Shown here in pieces: positions 50,960 to 64,000 of a stretch of 64,000 bases of DNA (position 1 is its first letter; each line of letters opens with the position of its first letter). The stretch is from Nitrospirales bacterium (lineage in GTDB: Bacteria; Nitrospirota; Nitrospiria; Nitrospirales; UBA8639). The notes below the pieces were generated by a model. That model was not told where the DNA came from, ran no database searches, and saw only the letters and a list, made by a program, of their open reading frames with translations. The stretch lies in assembly GCA_965203295.1 (NCBI GenBank), contig CBDBCZ010000012.1:1-64000 (forward strand), written 5' to 3'. The translations under genes were made by a program, and so were the position numbers.

Positions 50960-52615
50960 TTGCAAACTGTGTGCTGCTTTTTAGGCATGCATGTACGTGT
51001 CATAAAATTGTATTGTGAAATAAAATAAAAAAGGGGGGCCACACCCCTTTGCATCCCACCTAGCCCTAGTCTGGATCAGACCCTCCACTAACCTAGCCCA
51101 TGGCATCCCCCCACTGACAGTAAAAGGCCCGAGGGCCGTACTGCCAGAGGGTTGGGTGGAGCATCACCTCCGCCAGCCAAACTGGCCAGGGATTCCTCCC
51201 AAGGGACTATCAGGAACTGAGGCCACATGCCCCGGTTCGGTCTCCCATCAGGAAGGACTCCGGTTATTTGAGGAAGGATCAAGGGAGGAACCCGGACGGA
51301 TCCTAGGCCGTGTCGTCCGAGACCACGGTGGAAGTTTTCCTTCCACTCTTACCAACCTCAAGCGGGCTTCCCGAAAGAAGCGACCAGACCTTTTGCGCAC
51401 CCCGAAGGGTACTGGGTCTAGTCACCGGCTGACAGCCAATAAATGGCTGCACCAGAGAAGCCAACTCGGCCGTACTCTAGTGTCTTCCCAAACACACTTT
51501 GCATGTACTCAGAGCGATGAACTCTGCGCCGGAGGTGACCGAAGTGCAAGGGTGCAGGGCCGCCTTTTATACTCCCCACTAAGGCAACTTGATTATGGGT
51601 TTCGCTTGTACTATACGCTGCGGCATTGCAGCGGCAGCAACTGATTGGTCGGCAGCTGTGTTTCTGAGGATAATAGCATTATCTATGATAATAGATAATT
51701 TGGCGCCCCTCACGCAATCGCAGGTGCGCGCATGACTACGCATTGCATATTGCATATTGACGAACGTGGGGGCGGGGCACCTGGAGTGTTTCCGGAAAAT
51801 TGGTATGATAATATAACTAACTGGAAGCATTCCTTCAAAGATTCATGAAGAAATGTTATGTTCTTTGAAACTTCAGTAAACTCTTCAATCAAGAGATTTT
51901 TTTCTACAGCTTAAGTTTTTTGCTTTACATGTAGTACGAGCGGCTACGCTTATTACAGAGCGCTAGCGCTGTGATCATCATGCACGTGCGTTTTAAGTAA
52001 CACTGCACTTACAATAACATCAATCATTGTGCTTGAATTTCCGGGGCGTTTGTGCTCGTTGTGAGCGTTTCTGACAAGATGTATGCACTGCATTTTATGA
52101 CCTTTATGATTATGTTAAATCATTGTAGTATTTGAATTTCGGGAATGTTTCTGGTCATTGTAAGCGTTTTTGACAACATAGACACTCTGTCTACATTTTC
52201 AATATCTTTATATGCTTAATCATTGTGTTTGAATTTGGGGAGATATTCTATTCATTGTTAGTCTTGAGTTTTAGTATTAAGGCCGTGTTTCTCGACTTCA
52301 GTTACTGTCTGTCTGTTAGTTACCCTTTACATGCTAAATCATTGTGTTTAAATTTTGAGAGTGTTTCTACTCTTTGTAAGCGTTTCTGACAAGACACATG
52401 CACCAGATTTTCAATGCTACGTCATTGTTTTTGAATTTATGAATGCTAAGGTGGTTCCAAAACTAATGCTATAGCAACACCTGTACAGCAAGTAGCTATA
52501 CATTACAATTACAAAAGAATGTGTACAGTGCATTTACATTTTAACTAAAGTGTTTCAAACTAAAGATACAAAAGGACTATATAAGCCGGGTGGCAGGTAA
52601 ATAAATGGTACAAAC

Positions 52616-54136
52616 TAACATTTGTCAATATCACTGATGGTGCCAAGTAGTGTTTTGTTGAACTTTGTCCCAGTTGTTATTCCAAGCAGGAAGCGCTCCA
52701 AAAAAAAAAAGTGTGTTCATCATACATGGTGTGGGATAGGCAATGTCGAAAACATAATACACTGCTATAAGGGCAACAATGGCCTTGTACAGCGAAGGCA
52801 ACTCAGCCAACAGTTCTTTCTCCGCGACAAGGAAGAACTGCATGTCACCACTGCCAAACTGAATCAGGTACGGTGTTGAAATGCCACCTGATATCTTGGC
52901 ATCGAGATCTTCACCATCCTGGTTAAAGGAGAATTAAAAGCAACACATAATGAAAGTAATTCGAACAAAGAAACTCAAGCCACGCATATACATTGCGAGA
53001 GGGCACAGTAAAGATTTGGGGTCATTTACTTATCTTTACTCAGTTCAGAGAGAGCTAATTATTAAAACTCTGAATAGATGTACACTGGTAGTTTGACAAA
53101 TACACAACATGTTTTCTTGTATATCTATTGCTTAACTTTCAGATAACTAATACACAACATTCCAAGGCTCAAAAACACAGATAATCCATTTCATTACGCT
53201 TACTTCAAGTTCTGTCAGTAAGTGAACACTGGCATCCTTATTTCTCTTGTCGAGAGTACAAGTGTATGGATAAAACTGCTAACTAACATCAGCAGCTTCT
53301 TCATTCCCATCCAGCAAATGAAGCTGCGTCTGAATAGCTGCACTTCTTTTACTCTTTGCATACGTTATGACTTTTGGTGCCCACTTGATCCACTCAGCCG
53401 CCAATTTATCTTCGGGATCACCACGGAGACCAGTGATCTGGATGAAGTCATTGATGAGCTGTATAAAGGAATATACAAATGAATTTTTAGGTGGATTTAT
53501 TTTATTTTGTAACATATTAGGCATCAATGCTAAGGGTATAGCCTTGTTCCACGGCTCAACTTATTATATTAACTTATTCTCACATAGCACACGACCATAG
53601 CCAGGGTGTAGGCCTGGGGCATCTCGAAAATGATAACCGTACACTCCCTATCATAGTTTCATTTTTGTTCTGTTTTGTTTTTTTGGGGGGGGGGGGGGGG
53701 GGGGGGGGGTTCAGGTTGTGAAAATAAAAATTGTAGTTGCAGGAGCAAGTTCTGCTGCATTCACGTTATTTCAGCATGGCCAGTTACGACAGACTGCTAG
53801 CTTGTTTGGAGAAATACTGTCTTTATAGAGCTAGTTTGTTCACAGAAATCCCGTAGGTACTATTTAGAATGGTCACACAGCATGGGGGGGAGAGAAACAG
53901 AAACACTTAGTGACAAATGGGGTTACCTGTGAACTTATTGGGTATTTGCAGCGATTGAAAATCTTCGCAGATATTCCCTGTACAATCTCATTCCGGGTCA
54001 AGCTGTTCAGCTGTTTCTCCTTTAGCGCCAGCATTGTCCTCTCAGAGTACCGAGTGGGAATCTCAAATGTGACTTTCCAGAGCACTTGCTGGTCACACAC
54101 ATTTGTTGCCACCTCCCAAAAAATGCCCCAAAACAA
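52616..54136 (-). pseudogene. SAMD3-like fragments, copy 2
   Basis: Same peptides as 9795-11262, slightly less deleted (retains CKYPISSQVT). Confidence 0.55.
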
Positions 54137-55016
54137 GTTATAGAAAAAGCAGGTAGGGATGGTAGCTACGCATTGCGCTGTGATGTGCGGGTGTATGTGT
54201 GTGCATTGCTGCTTGTTTCATTGGTTTTTGGGGAAGCGTTTTTTGGTGGAAGTGCATCCCTACATGACTAGTTTTTGCACTTTTTGGCAAAGTGCTAGCA
54301 AATGCAGGGCAATGTAGGGGGAGTCTGAGTGACAAGTAGCTACAATGACCGTTACAGTATAATTGTTGCAGTAGCATCATTGCATCTGGATCCCACATTA
54401 AAGAAACGATCTCAGCCTGGTATAATCATAGATGTGCAGTGATACCAATAGACTGATATGCACGTGATAATAATCAATACATGAACAAATAACTCCAAAG
54501 CTTCGACGTTGACTTGCTTGGTACATATATTTATAGCACAGTGTACACATGCTGTTGAACAGTCCTCAGATCACAGTAACTGCAAGGACATTAGTTCACT
54601 CATCAATGTGAGTATACGTGACATACCTTTACACTTCCCCAAAAAACAACAAAACAAGCACCAGAAGGCATGCACAGACTACGCACATATCACAGTGCGA
54701 TGCATTTACCGCATACCTACCATCCCTACATCTTTCCAACCACACCCACCACAAACCGTACCACACCCCCTTACACAGCACCCTTCAACACACACCACCA
54801 TCCACAATCATCACCACCACTCACCATCCCACAACCACCCTCACACCTCATCCACAACGATTACATACTTCACAAAACACAACACCCCACACTACAAACT
54901 AACCCAGACCTCCACAGCACCACTGTACTCAGCTAAACCTCGCATCAAGCCCTTCTGCCTAAATTTAATAGCTGAGTACGAGGCTAATAGAAATCACTAG
55001 TAAGCAAGATGTATAC

Positions 55017-58000
55017 CTCAAAGTACTTCACAGTGTTCGAAGTTGACACCATGGGAATGAATATCCAGCCTGGGGAAGTACAGCAAGCACACAAGCAAAA
55101 GCAAGTAAGGGGCAGGTAGTTAACAGGATGCTCGCAAGTACATAATCCGAAAACATACCCACCCACATAAATGCGATATAATACTAATCTAAATATGGTC
55201 AGAGAAATTACGTCTCCGGTTAGTTCAAGAATAGGACAGTATTGGATACAAATGCTACTCCTCGGACAGTTGCAAGTTAAGTTAGTAGTTGCCAACTCTG
55301 ACTTAGCATACAGAATTGTATGACAAGAGTGTAGTATACCAGCACATACTTTCCGGGACCAACAGCTCCAAGTTCTCCTAGACACCTCCCAAACTCTTCT
55401 CTAAGCTCAATACTAGTGGCTCGCAGACCTTTAGAAACTGAGGACAAAGCAGCAATTTTAAAAACAAAACGTTGAGTATGGACTATGTCAGATAGACATA
55501 ATTTCACTTCTTCATGGAGCGAAATCAACTTACTCTTGTTACAATCTCTGTAATGATTGGATCAACGGTGTCACTTCCTACCATGCACTTCTCCAACTCT
55601 GCCTGTATGAACTGAACAGAAATTGTTTTAAAGCTTACATGAACATGCACTGTATGTACAGTTCATATATTGATAATAATACAAATAACTAAATACTGCA
55701 CTAACTCGATTGGATCTCAACAGTCTGTGTGGTGCTTTCAATGCGTCCATTCTCACGTCAGAACGCCCATGGCATGCCCCTCTTAGGACATGTTGTAGTT
55801 GCTGGTGAAGGCTGGAAAAGGATAGTAGCAACTATATAGGTTAATGCACGACGTAAGTCCAGCCAACTCATTCAGCGCATGCTCCTACAATATTATGGGT
55901 TCTAGTGCAAATAGTAGTAGTGGTATATATCAACAGCAGCTTACTAAGCTCCATTACACTGTTCCTTCTAGCTTCCACGTACAAACCTCCAATTAGAATT
56001 GATGTATAATTAACAGCTGTACAAACCAAGTGAATGCAAAGCATTGCGTAGCCTCGTCAAAGTTTCAAAAGTTGAATTGGATCATGGATATGTCATATGT
56101 GAACTGAAATGTTGTATTGAATCATGGATCCAAACAATATGTAGCATGTGGGCCGCACGCATGCATAAACATATGTACACACACATATGTACACACGTAT
56201 GTATGCACTGAGAAATTCTCAATTGAACACACTAGTGTGAATAACAATCCATGACCTCATTTCCTGCTTCTACCTATGACATCCCATTCACATGAACACT
56301 TCTGTCCCGGAACAAGATACCTTTTTGATGTATGCGAGTGTTTCCTAAGCTCAGTGTTGATGCAAGCAAGAGACAGCACATCTGGCATGAAGTAGATCTC
56401 ATCAAAGAAAGACCCAAGAACCTCTCTGAAAAAATTAAAACAGCAAATACTGAAACACATACATGGCATTTTATCTAGTGCTATTTTTGGTGAAGTTCCT
56501 CGAATATCAAGTACTCACTTGTTCTGAATTATAAGAAAATCAAAGATTTTTGATACAGTTGCTGAGTGGTGATCAGCAAAAGGAGAGAGTGTAACCACTA
56601 TCTGACCAAACAAGGGACCCAAGGATTCCAGGTCCACACTAGAGGGAAACAAAGAACACCATACTCTTAAAATCATGACGTTATTGTACTTTACGTATAA
56701 AGATTACATAGTCATGTGTGGTATAGTAACAGCGTCATCGCGCCACGGGGAATCCTTTTTGGAATAGTTCCCATCCTTCTATAGGGGAATTATGGGGTAT
56801 GCCCCACAGCAAATTATTACAAAACAACTGGCCAAAGATTGAATCTGGTGGGTTTTGGTAGCTTAGCCGACTACCACGAGTTTGTGTCCAAACCACAGCA
56901 CAGTAACATGTGTCAGCACAGCTAAAACTAAAAGTATTTATGTAGGTGTTGCGAGTACAATTGATCAGGTGCCATTGTACCTTGTTTTAATGCAGCATAA
57001 TTTTTCAAACTCTTAAGGGCTATGAAGGGAAGTCAGCCCCACCCCCCATCCCCCCCCATGTATGAAACCATGCTAATAATTGGCACATTCGTCAAGTCAT
57101 GTTCAGTGGTAACCGGATGTCTACAAAAGAGACTAGTGATTCCATTTAAAAGTAGTAGAAATAAGTAATTCTTAGCCACACAGAACTATACAGAGAACTC
57201 ACTGCACTTGAACTCGACTTTAGCATCTCAAGGGTAGGTAGCAAGTCTGCCAGATCTGCTACCTACCCTTGAGAAGCTACCTTCTCAGCTGATTTTGAGT
57301 GTTATTTCAGCTGAGGAGTTGAGTGAAACACCCAAGGATCAAACAGCTTTACAAACAGGACAGGGCAAACTAATGCAACTGCAGACTAAATGTACATGTA
57401 CATATAACAGGCTAAGGCTGAGATTTGTTGTACACTTGCAGTTAACAGCTGTAACCTACTAAAACAGGATTAGCATGGCTGTCTAGGACTAAACTTGCTG
57501 TAGTTTGGTCTACAAACCTTTCAAAACTACTGGTAGACTACGTACATGCACAGTTGCATAGAATGTGTGTTAAGTGCGGAAATACAGACACCAAACAGAC
57601 AGACAGACAAAAAAATGCAGAAAACTTGAAGGCATCATACGCTTTGAATGCACCCAGCTGGTAAAAAGCACTACAACTTGAAACAACAAAGAGAGGACAG
57701 TATGAATTAGTTCTGCTATACAGTGGTCTAGGCACACGATACTAGATGTAGAAAGAAATGTACAGAAATACATGTACATTTATGTAGGAAGCCTTGCGAA
57801 TAGTTGTGATACAGGGATCTCAATCCTTCGTATTGTAAGTCTGAATATTATTGAGAAGTTGAAAATATTTCCGAAAAAGAGCTTCCAGAAATTGAAACTT
57901 CCTTGAACTAGCAGCGACTAACCACACAAGACAGCCACTCAGTGCATTGCAAAAACAATATCCCCATGAGGTAATTGTCAATGAGACCTGTTGTGAAGCT

Positions 58001-59668
58001 TCGTGTGAAGTTGGCATTCTGAACTTCATATACAATCCACTCATAAAGCTATAAGCATTCATGAGCCTTCATGAAGCTCATGTAGACACATGCAATTGAG
58101 TGCAATGTATACCATCCTTCGAGAAATATGTATGTGTACACATCTCTGAAGTTCATGTACACATAGAGTAAGTTACTGATGATCAGACACGCTAGCGCTG
58201 AGCATGTAAACTATCGGAAGTGGGCTGAGCACTCACTTGACAGTACAGAACCTTCGCACTTCAAGTTGAAATTTTGGTGTTCCTTCGTTGTTTGCCTTCC
58301 AAAGTTTGAATTCTGACAAAGCTATGATCAGACAAATGTATGTATTATTGGACTTCGTTCCATGTTTCCTCCCTGAAGTAACTTCCAGTGACCTTTCTTT
58401 ATATATTGGGAAGCCCCACTACTATGCTGCTGCACGCCAACCTTTCGCCATCGTAGCTGCTTTGAGCACTGAGGGGTGCTGCTGAATGTAGAGACGTACG
58501 TGTCACTCTCTCCACTATCGGACAGTGAATTTGTTTCTTTTTCAGTGTAGAGACCCCACAACACTCTCTAATGTTAGGATGGGAATGTACAGACACTTAA
58601 CAACACAAAAGTTCAAGTCTGTTGTTTATACGTTGTGTCCTTCCTGAGATAGAACTGTTTTATCTGATTTCATCCACTAAAAGCCTTAATTCAGCATCAT
58701 AAGTTTTAAAATAAATGACTCTATCTCTCTCTATCTCGAGAACCATGCAATGTATAAACATCGGGCTTGCACTGTTGTGATGCTAAGCACCTGTATTTAA
58801 CAACAATATCCAATTCCTTAGTGTTATAGAGTGTTTTTGGGTCTCTATACCAAATAAAGACGAAATTCTCTGTCCGACTACAGAGGGGGTGATACGGCTC
58901 TACATTCAGCAGCACCCCTCCCTGCTCAAAGCAGATACCATGGTGAAGAGTTGGCATGCAGCAGTATGGTAGTGGGGCTTCCAAATAAGGAAGGAAGGTC
59001 ACGCGAAGTTACTTTAGGGAAGAAACATGGAACGGAGTCCAACAATACATACATTTATCTGATCATAGCTTTGTCAGAATTTAAACCTTGGAAGGTTATA
59101 GCTCCAGAACCAAGCAAGACGGAACACCAAACTTTCAATCAAAATGTGAACGGTCTGTACTAGCGATCGAAGCCTCTGCTCACTTCCGGAAATTTATGGA
59201 TTCTCAGTGCTAGCGCGTCTGAGTGTACATGTACCTGGTGTTATTAACTCTATTATGCCAACTGCTTTGGACTGAAGCTTCACGTACGTGGATATAGCTA
59301 CATGTATCCTTTGTGAAGTTTCATGAAAGTTCACAAGAGAATATTTGCAATGAGAGTGGTTTTATGAAACGTTGTGAACAGTTTCGTGCAGCTCTCACAA
59401 ATAATATTTGCTATGAAAGATATTTCTTCAGACTCTGACCTACGCCACTTCCACTGGTGGCACAGTAAAGACAATGCCAACTCACCATCTGCTTCTCACT
59501 GTCCATTTGCAGTGGTTTCTCCTCTCCAGCCAACTGGTTCATCTCTGCAAGCATCTTTATCCCAGCCAGTACTCTCTCCCTGTGAGTGCTCAAGTGGAGT
59601 AGTAGGAGATTGAGGATATTTTTCATATTTGATCGAAGCAGAGTGGTCATCTCAAAGTCTCCCTCAGA
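55017..59668 (-). pseudogene. ATR: Internal ATR fragment, copy 2
   Basis: Same exons as 12143-16859, without the 69-bp exonic duplication. Confidence 0.85.
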
Positions 59669-60979
59669 CTGAAAGTGCAAAGTGGATGTCAAAAACATGT
59701 TACAAATTAACTTTCCCCTTTTCTGTATTCACATCATGCACAATACAGAGCTCTAGCTGTTATTAATACACCCTGGTTTTATTTATATAACTGGTAATCA
59801 AATGACTATACACGTACATGTATGTATACCCACATAAACATATACACACATCTGCAACACCTTCAAATCTGGATGCAATGTTGAGATCTTTCTGCTGCCC
59901 ATTACGACAATGGTCACAGCTCCACAAAATGCTCACAACTCCAGAAATTGCTCACAACACTGGATATTGCTCATAACCCCTAAAAGTACTCACAACACTG
60001 GATATTGCTCACAACTATATCAGAAAATGCTCACAACTCCAGAAAATGCTCACAACTATCAGAAAATGCTCACAACACTGGATAATGGTCACATAGAAAT
60101 CACCAAACAATAGCAAGCTTATAATACAGAAATCATATAAGACAGAAATACGTATTATATACATAATTATCTATTGTTATCCAGGGCAACTGGAGTCAAT
60201 ATATAAGGAAGCTGATGAATGTCTTGCAAGGTTCTTGCACCAGATCTTGCAGGATTTTTCTATGAGTCACGCAAATTTTAACACAAGATTCTAACACCTT
60301 GCAAGATTTTTGTTGCATGATGAGAAGTTTTGCAAGGGCTTGCAAGAAATAAAATGCAAGATCATGCAAGAGGCCAAAATCCTTGTGAGTCCTGCTTAGG
60401 CAAGAAGTCTGCTAGATAACTTACAAAATTCTGCAAGACCTTGCAAGGAAATTCTGCATTTCCCAACATGAGGATTCTACACAAGCATCTGATAAAATGG
60501 TTCTTTTTTGTCTGCCATCAAAATAAAACCCTTCTTCTGATGTAGTACCTCCACAAGAAACTGCAAAACATGTACCAAGATTCCCAGTTAAGGTCATATC
60601 CAATAGCAGACAAGGCCTACAAGTTAATGTACCTGACAAACATTGTCCTCTAACAGGGACAGCATCTTCCCAGGGGTTAGTGTATGAGCTTTTGCTATTC
60701 TGGGAACCTGTGAAGAAAATAGCTATAAATAATACACTTGACATTTAAATGATATATACCTACAAATAGTTTACAATCTGACAGCAACTGTACATATTTA
60801 CAGTTTTTGAAGGAATTAATCACCTTTTTAATACATTCTGTGTTAGTGTATATATATGGACAATCATGTACAGGTGTTTTACACAGTAAGTTAGACACAC
60901 GTACATGCCCATACACACAACATCGCATACGAAGAGAAGGGAGAGAAAATTTTCTGTGTTGTATGATGAACTTACGTAG

Positions 60980-63690
60980 ACGCATTTGAATTTGGGAGCG
61001 TCTCATCTTTTCAGAGCTTCTGATAAGAGACATAACCAGCATACTTCCAATACTTGTTTCATATTCTAATATTTGAGTTTCAATTTCGGGAATGATTGTA
61101 CCTCTTATAAGATACGATACATGCACTGCATTTTAAAAACCATTATAGGCAAAATTACTGTGTTTGACTTTGGGGAAAGTTTCACTCTTTGTCAGCGTTT
61201 TTGACAGGACAAACACACTACATTTTATACCATTTTATCCTAAATCTTTGCATTTTAATTTCGGGAACGTTTCTGCTCATCGTGCATGTTTCCGTCGATA
61301 TATAACTTTATTTTCAATACCCTTGTATGTTAAATCATTGCGTTTATACTTTGGGAACGTTTCTGCTCATTTCAAGCGTTTCTAACAAGACTATACACAG
61401 CATTTCACTACAATTATATCATGCTGAAGCATTGTGTTTTAATTTTCGGGAACGTTTCTGCTCTTCGTAAGCATTTCTGACAAAACACATGCACTACATT
61501 TTCAATGCCTTACTTTATATCATTGTGTTTGAATTTTTGGAGCGTTGCTGCTCTTTGTAAGCGTTTGTGACAACATATATACACTGCATTAGCAAAGCAT
61601 TATATGTTCAATCATTGTGTTTGAATTTTTAGGACGTTTCTACTTGTTATCAACGTTTCTGACAAGTTATGTACACTGCATTTTAAAGACCCTTATATGG
61701 TTTGAAATTCAGTCGCGTTAATTGCTACTCGTTTTCAACGTTTCTGGCATGATTATAATGTCCACCGAATCTTCAATACACTTATATTATATGCTAAATG
61801 ATTGTGGTTATAATAATTTTATCGGAAGCATTTCTGCTCTCCGTAAGCGATTCTGACGCCGTATTAACACTGCATTTTCAAGGCCATTATATGCTAACTA
61901 TTGTGTTTGAATTTCGGGAGCGTTCCTGCTCTATGTTAGCGTTTGTGACAACATACATAAACTGCATTTTCAATACTTTTATAGGCTAAATTAATGTGTT
62001 TAGAATTCGGGCACGTTTCTGCTCATTTTGAACCTTTCGGAAAGCTTCTACTAGTTGTAAGCATTTCTGATAGGACATATAAACTGCATTTCGAATGCAT
62101 GCGTTTTTATGCTATGTCATTGTACTTACATTTCATGAAGGTTTCTGCTCATTGTGAGCGTTTCTGGCGACTGCATTTTCAATAATTACATAGGCTAAAC
62201 CATTGTATTTGAAAATTGGGAGCATTTCTGCTATTTGTAAGCGTTCATGACAAGACACATGCATGCTGCATTTTCAAAAGTTTTTTATGCAAATTCATTG
62301 TGTTCAAAATTTGGGAGCATTTCTGCTCTTAGTAAGCATTACTGACAATATATTTATACACCGTCTTTTATATGCGAAATCATTGAGCTTGAACTTCAGA
62401 AAGTTTGTAGTCTTCGTGACCGTTTATGCAAGATATATGCACAGCATTTTCAATTTCTTTATGTGCTAAACGATTGTTTTTGAATTTCGAAAGCATTCTG
62501 CTCTTTGTAATCATTTATAACATTCAAGGTACATGCACTGCATTTTCAATTTCTTTAATTGCAAATTCGCTATAATGTTGGAATTTGGAGATCGTTTCTG
62601 ACAAGATATATACACTGCATTTTTAATGCCATTATATGCTAAATCATAGTGTTTGAAGTTCGGGAGCGTTTTTGCTCTTTGTAAGCGTTTCTGACCAGAT
62701 ATATCCACTGCACTTTCAGTAGCTTTGTATCCTAAATCGTTGTGTTTGAATTTTGGGAACAGTTTAGCTCTTAGAAATTAGTAATCTTTTTCGACTAGAT
62801 ACTTGTACAGTAACTACATTTTCACTATACCATTAGAGCCAACATGATTTCAGGAGCGTTTCTGCACTTTGTGAACATTTTTGACAAGATGCATGAAGTG
62901 CATTTTCAATTATTCAACTGAATATTTATACATTAGTTTATACTAAAACATTGTGTTTGAATTTTAGGGGCGTTTCAGCTCGTTGTGAGCGTTTCTGATG
63001 AGGATATACACTGCATTTTCTATGCCAGGTTATGCTAAGTCATCGTTTTTTGAATTTTGAGCACGTTTTTATTCTCTGTAATTACGTAAGCGTTTCTGAC
63101 AAGATATACACACCGTATTTTCAGTATCTTTATATCTTATGTCATTGTGTTTGAATTTTTGAAAAGTTTCTGATCTTTGTAACGTTTCTGACAAGAGATA
63201 TATCCTACATTTTCAATACTTTTATATGCCAAATCATTGTGTTTAAAATTCGGGCACGTTTCTGCTCCTTTTGAAAATTTCTGACAAGACGTACACACTG
63301 CATTTTCAATACCTTGATATAAATCATTTTTTGGGTGAGTTGCTGCTCTTTGTGAGCGTTTTTGTTCATACATATACAGCATTTTCAATACCATTATACA
63401 TTATACCATTGTGCCTGAATTTTGGAAGCGTTTCAGCTCATTGTGAGCGCTTCTGACAAGATATACAAGGTATAACCACTGCATTTTCAATTGTATTGTA
63501 ATTATGCTGATCATTGTTTGAATTTTGGGAGCGTATCTCGGCTGTATCTGTCGGTCAGTTAGTAATAATGCATATGCAAAATCATAGTGTTAGAATTTTG
63601 GGACTCTGTGTAAGTGTTTCTGATCATGACCAAACACATGCACTACATCTCCAATGCCTTTGTATGTGTTTGATTTTCGGGAGAATTCAG
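60980..63690 (+). repeat. Degenerate ~90-bp satellite array, copy 2
   Basis: Appears identical to 18170-20880. Confidence 0.92.
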
Positions 63691-64000
63691 GTAACGGTGG
63701 CAGATGCCATTGGGTAAATACTATTCAAAGTATGCGCAAATTGCAGAGATGACTGTATACTTAAGGTTATGGGATACTGGCCCGCTTTGATTTAATTTGT
63801 AGTGAATGCACAATGAATATCTTTGCAACTATAGGCCCTACAGCCACGATCTTTTCAGCATTTATTCATGGCCACTAGTTGTGTACTCAGTACAGAAAGC
63901 TTGTCTGTGGGCCCCTCCCTTGTTTAGATAGCGGTAATGGAGGGTTCAGCTGCTCACAATAATTTTTCTCGCCAAAAATCGCTGGAGCCACTGCTGTTAC

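Larger units (their letters stand above)
51993..64000 (+). repeat. Segmental duplication unit, copy 2 (runs off the window end)
   Basis: Collinear with 9158-21465. Confidence 0.97.

Overview
Eukaryotic, intron-rich, repeat-dense animal DNA. The repeat style suggests a non-bilaterian such as a demosponge, which is inference only. No rRNA, tRNA or CRISPR array was found. The window is a rearranged duplication hub with remnants of three host genes. (1) An apolipoprotein-L-family gene at 2132-3796 (+), split by a TA-flanked insertion and frameshifted. (2) A 5'-truncated SART1 (U4/U6.U5 tri-snRNP protein) copy with 14 recognisable exons at 29718-48245 (+) and at least one frameshift, plus an orphan duplicate of its last large exon at 24602-24723. 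(3) An internal intron-containing piece of ATR (-), present twice inside a >=12-kb unit duplicated at ~9158-21465 and 51993-64000. That unit also carries SAMD3-like fragments and ~90-bp degenerate satellite arrays. Many nested non-autonomous DNA transposons are visible, and several can be delimited to the base because filled and empty sites both occur in the window. They resemble Ginger1, Kolobok, PIF/Harbinger, P, AcademH/MULE, Tc1/pogo and Helentron families, and include a 31-bp palindromic mini-element. All family assignments come from motifs recognised by eye, not database searches.
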